DNA of 64,000 nucleotides from Bacteriovoracia bacterium (GTDB lineage Bacteria; Bdellovibrionota; UBA1018; CAIPTA01): NCBI GenBank assembly GCA_050246755.1, contig JBFWVL010000001.1, positions 1,664,001 to 1,728,000 of the forward strand, read 5' to 3'. Shown piece by piece: positions 56,511 to 64,000 of this stretch (position 1 is its first letter; each line of letters starts with the position of its first letter). The notes under the pieces were generated by a model. It saw only the letters and a program-made list of their open reading frames with translations, ran no database searches and was not told where the DNA came from. The position numbers and the translations under genes were made by a program.

Positions 56511-56558
56511 GCGGAGGATTCTTTTACGGGATTCCTCCGCCAACCCTAGCCCTTTTCC
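56511..56558 (+). terminator. hairpin/terminator after flgE
   Basis: GGCGGAGGATTC...GATTCCTCCGCC. Confidence 0.55.
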
Positions 56559-56571
56559 TACCGAGGTTCTC

Positions 56572-56691
56572 TTGAAGAAGATTCCCTGGCTTATATGCCT
56601 GGTATATTTGCTCGCGGCCGTGATGCCGTCTCTATTCGTAGATAAGGTAAATGCTCGCCAGCCTGCCTCCAAGTTCACGACCGATTATTAG
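56572..56691 (+). CDS. putative 39-aa single-TM protein (MKKIPWLICLVYLLAAVMPSLFVDKVNARQPASKFTTDY)
   Basis: TTG start with GAGGT upstream; basic N-terminus plus hydrophobic helix; RQPAS motif. Confidence 0.45.
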   Translation: MKKIPWLICLVYLLAAVMPSLFVDKVNARQPASKFTTDY

Positions 56692-56850
56692 CCAAACCTT
56701 TGACACCACTGAACAGAGCAGTTTGACGCTTCTGGGCCGTAGTGCCGAGATCCGCCTTTCACACGTTTCTCGCTAAGAAAATTCTTCCGCACTTTCAGCT
56801 ATTTCCCTTCTTTCTTCCTTTTCGGGTTTTCGACTCCGCCAATTTGCCGC

Positions 56851-56866
56851 TGGCATATGCATTGCA
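56851..56866 (+). promoter_or_regulatory. sigma54 promoter of the fliL operon
   Basis: TGGCATATGCATTGCA; GCCA-N6-TGAC at 56691-56704 upstream. Confidence 0.8.
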
Positions 56867-56908
56867 ATCTCCTTTTTGGGTTCATCTAGATTCTCATGGA
56901 GGAGTATC

Positions 56909-57505
56909 GTGGCCGAGAAAGAAGCAGCAGCAGAAGCAGTACCCGCTAGCGGTGGGAGCGATAAATCCGGCAAGATGATGATGGGCATGCTTGGCCTCAA
57001 TATGGTCGTAGTGATCGCCGTGGCTATAACCCTTTTCCTCGGGCAAAAGAAACAAGCCCAGCAGCAAACCCTGGATCAAGTAGAGCAGGGCGCGGCGGCT
57101 GGTGGCGAGCATGGGGCGGCTCCGGCCGGCGAACATGGCGCAGCTCCGGCCGGTGAGCACGGCGGCGGCGGGCACGGTGGCGGCGAAGCGCCGCCCGCGA
57201 GCGACGCCCACTTTTTCAGCGTGGGCGATTTTACCGCTAATCTTTCCGGCCCGGCTTCCACGCATTACGCCAAAATTTCCGTAAATTTTGAAGTGAGCAA
57301 AGACAGCGACGAAGAAGAAATGAAGCAGCGCCGTCCTCAGTTCCGCGACAAAATCATTTCCTTGCTGAACAGCAAAAAGCCCGCCGACCTGCAGTCGGCC
57401 GAAGGCCGCTCTTTCCTGAAGGAAGAAATCCGCTCCACCGCGAACCAATATATTAAAAAAGGAAAAGTAGAAGGAGTCTACTTTTCCGCATTCGTTATCA
57501 ACTGA
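56909..57505 (+). CDS. fliL: flagellar protein FliL with His/Gly-rich linker repeats
   Basis: N-terminal TM, FTANL, RDKIISLL...L....G...LKEEI, VYFSAFVI; GTG 56909 with GGAGGAG RBS. Confidence 0.9.
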   Translation: MAEKEAAAEAVPASGGSDKSGKMMMGMLGLNMVVVIAVAITLFLGQKKQAQQQTLDQVEQGAAAGGEHGAAPAGEHGAAPAGEHGGGGHGGGEAPPASDAHFFSVGDFTANLSGPASTHYAKISVNFEVSKDSDEEEMKQRRPQFRDKIISLLNSKKPADLQSAEGRSFLKEEIRSTANQYIKKGKVEGVYFSAFVIN

Positions 57506-57514
57506 GGAAGCTGA

Positions 57515-58537
57515 ATGAATCAGGTCTTATCTCAATCCGAAGTAGACGCACTCTTAAACGCGGTGATGGATCCGGGCGCGGATGCGGGCGCGGCGGCGCC
57601 CGGCGGTGGCGATAGCGGCGCTGGGGCGGGGGCCGACGGCGAAAAGGCGAATTACAATATCAACGTGATGCCGTACGATCTGGGTAACCAGGATCGCGTG
57701 ATCCGCGGCCGCATGATGACGCTCGATATTATCTATGAGCGCTTCATCCGTTTGTTCCGGGTGAGCTTGTCTACGGCGCTCAGAAAAATCGCTTCCCTCT
57801 CGATTATTTCCACCGATCTTCTGAAGTTCGGGGAATTCCTCAATACCCTTCCGATTCCTTCCTGTATGGGGGTAATGCGTTTCGATACTTTGCGCGGCTC
57901 GGGCATGATCGTGATCGAATCGAAGCTGGTTTACGCTCTCGTAGACGCTTTCTTCGGCGGCTCGGATCGCCCCTACACGAAGAGCGAAGGAAAAGAATTT
58001 ACGCGCATCGAGCTCAGCGTGATCGCAAAGGTAGTGGACCTTGCCCTCAAGGACCTCGATGAAGCTTGGGCACCGGTGCACAAGACCGATATTTCCTTCG
58101 TGCGCATCGAGGTTAACCCCCAGTTCGTGGGTCTCGTACCTCCTTCCGACATCGTGATTTCGACCACCTTCGAGGTGGAGCTCGAGCACGCGTCCGGCAC
58201 CGTGGCCGTGGTGGTGCCTTACCAAACCCTCGAACCGATCAAAGAAAAACTCAACGCCGGCTTTCAGCCCGAGGGCGACCGCTTCGAGAAGGTTTGGACC
58301 GGGCAAATTCGTGAGCACTTGGGTGATACCTATCTGAACGCCCGCGTGAATCTTGGTGAGACAAACCTCACCGTAGGTGATCTCGTGAACCTCAATATCG
58401 GCGACGTGATCCCGCTCAAGCAGGATGCCGACGGCGAGCTGGATTTTTTCGTGGAAGGTACGCCGAAGTTCAAATGCCGCTTTGGAGTGTCGCGGGGAAA
58501 TCGCGCCATTCAAGTCACGAAGCCGATCGTAGAATAA
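57515..58537 (+). CDS. fliM: motor switch protein FliM
   Basis: LSQSEVDALL, FTRIE, EVNPQF. Confidence 0.97.
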   Translation: MNQVLSQSEVDALLNAVMDPGADAGAAAPGGGDSGAGAGADGEKANYNINVMPYDLGNQDRVIRGRMMTLDIIYERFIRLFRVSLSTALRKIASLSIISTDLLKFGEFLNTLPIPSCMGVMRFDTLRGSGMIVIESKLVYALVDAFFGGSDRPYTKSEGKEFTRIELSVIAKVVDLALKDLDEAWAPVHKTDISFVRIEVNPQFVGLVPPSDIVISTTFEVELEHASGTVAVVVPYQTLEPIKEKLNAGFQPEGDRFEKVWTGQIREHLGDTYLNARVNLGETNLTVGDLVNLNIGDVIPLKQDADGELDFFVEGTPKFKCRFGVSRGNRAIQVTKPIVE

Positions 58538-58559
58538 TTTTTAGCAGGGGAGAGAAAAT

Positions 58560-58901
58560 ATGGAACTAGAAAACGCAAATATCGGAACCGCCCCCGGTGG
58601 TAACGCCGCTGGCGCAACGAAGAAACCCGAAGGCGATGAGATTCATAATCTCGACTTCATCCTCGATATCCCGCTGCGCGTAAGCGTGGAGCTCGGCCGG
58701 ACGAAAATCCTCGTTCGCGATCTCCTGCAGCTCGGGCAGGGTTCGGTGGTGGAGTTGGCGAAGTTCGCCGGCGAACCTCTCGAGCTTCTCGTGAACGACA
58801 AGCTCATCGCTCGCGGTGAGGTAGTGGTGGTGAACGAGAAATTCGGCCTTCGCCTGACCGACATTATTTCTCCCGTAGAACGTATTGAACAACTAAAGTA
58901 A
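58560..58901 (+). CDS. fliN: motor switch protein FliN
   Basis: ILDIPLRVSVELG, GSVVEL, ARGEVVVVNEKFG. Confidence 0.97.
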   Translation: MELENANIGTAPGGNAAGATKKPEGDEIHNLDFILDIPLRVSVELGRTKILVRDLLQLGQGSVVELAKFAGEPLELLVNDKLIARGEVVVVNEKFGLRLTDIISPVERIEQLK

Positions 58902-58968
58902 ATCGAGCCGCCCGTGAGGGGGGGACGCAGGATGCGCCCTAAGGTTCACTGACAGCTGAGGAACGAAC

Positions 58969-60183
58969 ATGAAGTTCATTCGCAACAGTCGCATCCGTGA
59001 TCGGATCGTTGACATCGCCACGAAAACGCTACTCCTAGCCGTATCCGCGCTGGCTTGCCTCTGGATGATTTCCGGGGCTAAAGCCGCCACCGTCGACATC
59101 ACCAGCATCCACCAGGGCGCCGCGGGTGAGGGGGAATACGCCATTGATTTCGCCTTCTCTTCGCCGGTGACGAAGGAAGACGTGTCGGTGGAGTTTCAAA
59201 GAAACTTCATCCAGGTTTCTCTTAAGGGTGTAAGCGCCTATCCGGCCCGCACCGAGAAGCTTACCCACCCTCTCCTCGAAAAAGTTTTCACCTACCAGTA
59301 CCAGCCCGATCTGGCCCGTGCCCGCGTGCTCCTGAAAGTGCAAGCCTCGAGCATCGAGAGCACTTCTAGCTGGAGCATTACCCCCCAAGGCTTACGCGTG
59401 GTGATCAAAGGCGAGGGCCTCGCCGCCGCTTCCACCGTGAAGCCGGCCAAAGCGGCCCCGAAAGCAATCAAAGAAGCGAAAGAATCCAAGGATTCCGTGA
59501 AGACCAAGGCTTCTTCCACCGCGGCCGCCGTTTCCGAGGATCCGGAAGACGCCCAGGTGGTGCAGCAGATCTTGGCCGAAAGCAAGAAGCCCGCTTCCGC
59601 CGTTGCTGCGGCGAAGGAAAAGAAAGCCGAAGCTTCTTTGGCCCATTTGCCTTCCACCGAAGAGCAACCCATCTTTGCCGCGCAAACCAATGCCGCCATT
59701 TCGAAAGATTCCAGCGCCAAAACCTCTCCGGTAGCGCGCATGCTCGCTTCGCTCCTGCTGGTAGTGGGAATCATCGGCGCGGGCGCGATCGCCTACCGCC
59801 GCTTCGTGCTTGGCCGCGGGATGCCCTTCCAGCGCCAGAACCGCATGATCGAAACGATCGCCAACCAGGCCCTTGGCCCTAAGCGTGCGATCGCGATTAT
59901 TCGCGTGCTTGATCAATACATGGTGGTGGGAATGGCCGGCGACAATATGAACCTGCTCGCCAACCTCGGCACGAATATTAATATCGAAAAATACGACGAT
60001 ATCATATCGGGCGTTGGCGCCAGCGGCGGCGTTTCTTTCGCCGATACCTTTCAGGGCGCGATCGGCGCCGCTATTCCGGGTAATTCTGGCAGCAAGAGCA
60101 AAGAAGCCGCCGCTCCCGAAGCGCCCCGCGCCGATTTTCGCTCGATGATCAAAAAGCGCATGGAAGGTTTCAAGCCCCTATGA
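58969..60183 (+). CDS. fliO: FliO with large N-terminal exported (AMIN-like) domain
   Basis: C-terminal TM plus [12 protein letters not shown]...VVG; located between fliN and fliP. Confidence 0.8.
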   Translation: MKFIRNSRIRDRIVDIATKTLLLAVSALACLWMISGAKAATVDITSIHQGAAGEGEYAIDFAFSSPVTKEDVSVEFQRNFIQVSLKGVSAYPARTEKLTHPLLEKVFTYQYQPDLARARVLLKVQASSIESTSSWSITPQGLRVVIKGEGLAAASTVKPAKAAPKAIKEAKESKDSVKTKASSTAAAVSEDPEDAQVVQQILAESKKPASAVAAAKEKKAEASLAHLPSTEEQPIFAAQTNAAISKDSSAKTSPVARMLASLLLVVGIIGAGAIAYRRFVLGRGMPFQRQNRMIETIANQALGPKRAIAIIRVLDQYMVVGMAGDNMNLLANLGTNINIEKYDDIISGVGASGGVSFADTFQGAIGAAIPGNSGSKSKEAAAPEAPRADFRSMIKKRMEGFKPL

Positions 60184-60941
60184 TGAAAAGTTGGAAGAAA
60201 GCCATTGTTTGCTTGCTCGCGGGACTCGCCCTAAGTTCGGCTGCCCAGGCGGCGGGTGGAGGCATCGGCGTTCCCAATATCAATATCTCGATGGGCAAAG
60301 GCAATAATCCCACCGAGACCGTGGCCGCCGTGCGTATTCTTATTCTATTCACGGTTCTCTCGCTCGCTCCCGCCATTCTCGTGATGATGACTTCCTTCAC
60401 CCGGATCGTAGTGGTGCTTTCGTTCCTGCGCCAGGCTTTGTCCACGCAGAACATGCCGCCCAACCAGCTCATCATTGGGCTCTCGCTCTTCCTCACTTTT
60501 TTCGTGATGGCGCCCGTTTTCCAGGAGATCAACGAAAAATCGCTTACTCCGTATATGGAAGAGCGCATCGATCAAGGAACCGCTTTCACGCGGGCCGAAG
60601 GGCCGATCCGCGAGTTCATGTTCAAACAAACCCGCGAAAAAGATATGATGCTCTTCATCGAGCTCGCCCGCGTAAAGAAAGTAAATACCCGCAAAGACGT
60701 TCCCACCTGGGTTTTGATTCCCGCGTTCATGGTGAGTGAGCTGAAAACCGCGTTTCAAATCGGCTTCATGCTCTACCTTCCCTTCTTGATCATCGACATG
60801 GTGGTGGCGAGTGTGCTGATGGCGATGGGAATGATGATGTTGCCACCCGTGGTAATTTCTCTTCCCTTCAAGCTCTTGCTATTCGTTCTCGTGGACGGTT
60901 GGGAGCTAGTGATCGGCAGTCTCGTAAGATCTTTCGGCTAA
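60180..60941 (+). CDS. fliP: export gate protein FliP
   Basis: [35 protein letters not shown]. Confidence 0.97.
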   Translation: MMKSWKKAIVCLLAGLALSSAAQAAGGGIGVPNINISMGKGNNPTETVAAVRILILFTVLSLAPAILVMMTSFTRIVVVLSFLRQALSTQNMPPNQLIIGLSLFLTFFVMAPVFQEINEKSLTPYMEERIDQGTAFTRAEGPIREFMFKQTREKDMMLFIELARVKKVNTRKDVPTWVLIPAFMVSELKTAFQIGFMLYLPFLIIDMVVASVLMAMGMMMLPPVVISLPFKLLLFVLVDGWELVIGSLVRSFG

Positions 60942-60950
60942 GGAGCTCGC

Positions 60951-61220
60951 ATGAATGAAGATATCGTACTCAGTTTAGGGCGCGAGGCGATCATGACCAC
61001 GGTTATGCTCGCGGCTCCGCTACTTCTTTCCGCCCTGGTGGTGGGTCTGGTAGTGAGTATTATCCAGGCGGTTACCCAGATCAACGAGTCCACGCTTACC
61101 TTCATTCCCAAGATGCTCGCAATCGTGGTGGTGATGATCATTATGGCTCCCTGGATGACCCAGATGATGACTTCTTATACGACCGAGCTGTTTACTTCTT
61201 TGCCAAATTACGTGAGGTAG
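60951..61220 (+). CDS. fliQ: export gate protein FliQ
   Basis: QAVTQINESTLTFIPK. Confidence 0.97.
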   Translation: MNEDIVLSLGREAIMTTVMLAAPLLLSALVVGLVVSIIQAVTQINESTLTFIPKMLAIVVVMIIMAPWMTQMMTSYTTELFTSLPNYVR

Positions 61221-61223
61221 TGC

Positions 61224-62015
61224 GTGAGCCTCGACGGCTTTACCGAAACTGAAGTTCTGCTCTTTTTCGCGTCGCTTAGCCGCGTGATCGGGCTGTTCTT
61301 GCTTCTGCCCATCTTCGGTGACCAAAACGTTCCCGGCCTCGTGCGTATCTTCCTCGCGTTCACGATCAATATCGTGGTCTATCCGGTGGCAATGTCTTAC
61401 GGCACGGCTTCGCTGATTCCCCTGCTAGGAAGTGATATGGGCATCGTGATCCTCGTGCTGAAAGAAGCCGCCGTGGGCGTAGTGATGGGTTTCACGGCGA
61501 GAATTTTCTTCGATGCCATGACCTTCGCTTTCTCCCATATGGGAACCCAGATGGGATTCAGCATGGCCTCCGCGTATGATCACCATTCGGAAGCAAATAC
61601 TCCCGTGATCTCACAGCTGATCATGATTCTTGCGATGCTGCTTTTTCTGGCCACAGATGGGCACCATTTCTTCGTGCGCGCCCTGGTGGATAGCTACGGG
61701 GCCGTACCGGTTGGCGGCTTCGTGCTAAAAAAATCGGTAGCGCTCCATATCTTAGAAACCTCGGCTCAGGTTTTTTGGATTGGCGTAAAGCTCAGTGCAC
61801 CGATGGCGCTGGTGATCTTTCTCATCAACTGCGCCTTTGGCATCGTGGCCAAAGCGGTACCGCAGATCAACGTGTTAGTGGTGAGCTTCACCGTGAATAT
61901 TTTGGCGGGTTTTCTCGTGATCACCCTTACCTTGCCGGTTTTTGGCACGAGTATGGCAGAGGTAATTCAACTAATGGTGGAACGGGTTGAAAGCGTGATG
62001 AAAGTGCTGGCGTAA
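61224..62015 (+). CDS. fliR: export gate protein FliR
   Basis: QMGFSMA, DGHH, PQINV. Confidence 0.95.
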   Translation: MSLDGFTETEVLLFFASLSRVIGLFLLLPIFGDQNVPGLVRIFLAFTINIVVYPVAMSYGTASLIPLLGSDMGIVILVLKEAAVGVVMGFTARIFFDAMTFAFSHMGTQMGFSMASAYDHHSEANTPVISQLIMILAMLLFLATDGHHFFVRALVDSYGAVPVGGFVLKKSVALHILETSAQVFWIGVKLSAPMALVIFLINCAFGIVAKAVPQINVLVVSFTVNILAGFLVITLTLPVFGTSMAEVIQLMVERVESVMKVLA

Positions 62016-62018
62016 ACA

Positions 62019-63101
62019 ATGGCGCAGAATGGTCAGTCGGATTCCGACGAAGACAAAACAGAAGAGCCCAGTAGTCAGCGCTTAGAAGACTTTCGCGAAG
62101 AAGGCCAGGTATCCCAATCCAAAGAGCTTACTTCCCTGATGGTACTGATCGCCACCCTCGGCTCTATGTATGCGATGGGCCCATCGCTCGCCGGCGATTT
62201 CATGGATTTCATGCGCCGCATGTTCGTCGAGTCCGCGGGTATTGAGCTTACCGCGGAGCGCGCCGGGCAGGTTCTCTGGCTTTGCCTCGGCGCCGCGGGC
62301 CACGTGGTGCTCCCGATTGCGTTCGCCGGATTTTTGGCGGGCGTGCTCGGCTCCGTGGTTCAGTTCGGCTTTCTTTTTACCTGGGCTCCGCTCGAACCGC
62401 AGCTGGATCGCCTGAACCCGATTAGCGGCTTCTCGCGAATCTTCGCCTGGTCTTCGTTGCTCGAGGGAGTCAAGTCCTGCCTCAAGCTCGGCGCAGTGAT
62501 TGGCGTTACTTATATGCTGATCAAGAGCGAAATCGTAAGCTCTGCTTCCGTGATCGATATGGAGAGCCCGCAGCTCGTGGCCTATATGAGCTCCACCGCT
62601 TTTCGCTTGATCGGCGGGGTTTGTATCGGCCTATTCGTGGTGGCCGCCCTGGATTTTGCCTACCAAAAGTTCCGCTACCGGAAGAGCTTGATGATGAGCA
62701 AGCAGGAAGTGAAGCAGGAACATAAGCAGCGCGAGGGGGATCCGCTCCTAAAAGCGCGTATGAAGAGCATTCAGCGTGAGCAGGCCCGCAAGCGCATGAT
62801 GCAAGAAGTACCGAAAGCCGACGTTATCGTCACAAACCCGACGCACATCGCGATCGCGCTTCGCTACGATGCCGAAAAAATGGCGGCTCCTAGGGTGGTT
62901 GCCAAGGGCGCAGACCTCATGGCCCAGAGAATTAAGGACATTGCACGCAAGCACGGCATCCCAATGGTGGAGAATGTGCCGTTGGCCCGAGCCCTGCATA
63001 AGTCAGTGAAAGTGGGGGGATCGGTTCCGCGTCCTCTCTTCCAAGCAGTAGCGGAAGTGCTCGCATACGTTTATCGGCTCAAGGGCAAATTAGGTTTGTA
63101 A
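62019..63101 (+). CDS. flhB: export switch protein FlhB
   Basis: DKTEEPS, EGDP, NPTH, ENVPLAR. Confidence 0.97.
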   Translation: MAQNGQSDSDEDKTEEPSSQRLEDFREEGQVSQSKELTSLMVLIATLGSMYAMGPSLAGDFMDFMRRMFVESAGIELTAERAGQVLWLCLGAAGHVVLPIAFAGFLAGVLGSVVQFGFLFTWAPLEPQLDRLNPISGFSRIFAWSSLLEGVKSCLKLGAVIGVTYMLIKSEIVSSASVIDMESPQLVAYMSSTAFRLIGGVCIGLFVVAALDFAYQKFRYRKSLMMSKQEVKQEHKQREGDPLLKARMKSIQREQARKRMMQEVPKADVIVTNPTHIAIALRYDAEKMAAPRVVAKGADLMAQRIKDIARKHGIPMVENVPLARALHKSVKVGGSVPRPLFQAVAEVLAYVYRLKGKLGL

Positions 63102-63113
63102 AAGGTTGGATAA

Positions 63114-64000
63114 GTGAACGAAAACAATAGCAAGACTGGCTTCATGCAATACGCGAAAAACGCGGATTTGCTCATGGCCATGGGCTTAATCGGCATTCTC
63201 GTGCTGATGATCGTGCCGTTGCCGCCGTTCATGATCGACATTTTCTTGACGTTGTCGATCGCGCTGTCGGTAGTGCTTTTGCTCACCGCCACCTACGCGA
63301 AGAAGCCGCTCGATTTCAGCGTTTTCCCTTCTCTGCTTTTGACGGTTACCCTCTTCCGGCTAGCGCTTAGCGTGGCCTCTACCCGCCTAGTTCTCCTACA
63401 CGGCCCTGAGCAGGGCACCTCGGCGGCGGGCGCCATTATTCGCGCCTTCGGGGATTTCGTGGTGGGTGGTAATTACGCCGTGGGTCTCGTGGTTTTCATC
63501 ATCTTAGTGATCATCAATTTCGTGGTGATCACCAAAGGCGCGGGCCGCGTAGCCGAAGTGGCCGCACGTTTTACTTTGGACGCCATGCCCGGTAAACAAA
63601 TGGCCATCGACGCCGACCTCAATGCCGGCGTGATCAACGAACAAGAAGCCCGCAAGCGCCGCTCGAACGTGGCGCAAGAAGCCGACTTCTACGGAGCCAT
63701 GGACGGTGCCAGCAAATTCGTGCGCGGAGACGCAATTGCCGCCATCATGATCGTGATCGTCAACATCGTGGGTGGTATCATCATCGGCACGATTCAAAAG
63801 GGGATGCCGATTGCGGAAGCGGCGCAAACTTTCGTGCTCCTCACCGTGGGTGATGGACTCGTAACCCAAATCCCCGCCCTTATCATCTCCACCGCGGCCG
63901 GTTTGATCGTAACCCGTGCGGGCAGCGGAAATAATCTTACCGAGGATCTCGGTACTCAGCTCACCACTCACCCCAAGGCCATCGGGGTAGCGGCGGGAGC
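63114..64000 (+). CDS. flhA: export protein FlhA (5' part, runs off the window)
   Basis: translated by eye from GTG 63114: [54 protein letters not shown]. Confidence 0.96.
   Translation, partial: MNENNSKTGFMQYAKNADLLMAMGLIGILVLMIVPLPPFMIDIFLTLSIALSVVLLLTATYAKKPLDFSVFPSLLLTVTLFRLALSVASTRLVLLHGPEQGTSAAGAIIRAFGDFVVGGNYAVGLVVFIILVIINFVVITKGAGRVAEVAARFTLDAMPGKQMAIDADLNAGVINEQEARKRRSNVAQEADFYGAMDGASKFVRGDAIAAIMIVIVNIVGGIIIGTIQKGMPIAEAAQTFVLLTVGDGLVTQIPALIISTAAGLIVTRAGSGNNLTEDLGTQLTTHPKAIGVAAG

Noticed and set aside
57554-58513. 319-aa minus-strand ORF (and similar ones opposite acnA, fliF, fliG)
   Set aside because: Antisense shadows of conserved genes
1-64000. CRISPR arrays, tRNA/rRNA genes, IS transposases, prophage genes
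   Set aside because: None recognised by eye; no regularly spaced repeats or cloverleaf signatures seen in the intergenic regions

Overview
Bacterial chromosomal window that looks like a Bdellovibrionota (predatory, Oligoflexia/Bacteriovoracia-like) genome. The taxon is inferred from the CPAF-like protease, the TPR gene ahead of flgB, the long FliO, the DUF222-like HNH gene and many signal-peptide orphans. Bases 1-40 kb hold housekeeping and accessory genes: sensor kinases, ung, a DTW protein, pip, a CPAF-like S41 protease, aconitase, queF, a GGDEF protein, a DEAD-box helicase, a Kef-type antiporter, two sigma54 regulators and an mlaFED operon. Bases 40-64 kb are a large flagellar cluster (TPR-flgBC-fliEFGH-[L,D-transpeptidase]-fliIJ-motE-like-fliK-flgD-TIGR02530-flgE-fliLMNOPQR-flhB-flhA'). 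No rRNA, tRNA, CRISPR array or intact transposase was seen. The most notable observations are: (1) a tandem pair of secreted proteins carrying exotoxin A/diphtheria-toxin-like ADP-ribosyltransferase motifs; (2) a shared sigma28-type, nearly leaderless promoter linking that pair with a second secreted paralog pair, a CotH-like kinase and an HDOD-kinase-regulator operon, a candidate attack-phase effector regulon; (3) a Spinster-type MFS transporter fused to a glycerophosphodiester phosphodiesterase, next to a HAD phosphatase; (4) recurrent GGA-loop hairpins over the ribosome-binding sites of flagellar genes and a four-hairpin flgE leader; (5) a four-helix-bundle gene remnant bracketed by 8-bp periodic inverted repeats inside the fli operon. 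All calls come from motif reading by eye, with no database searches.
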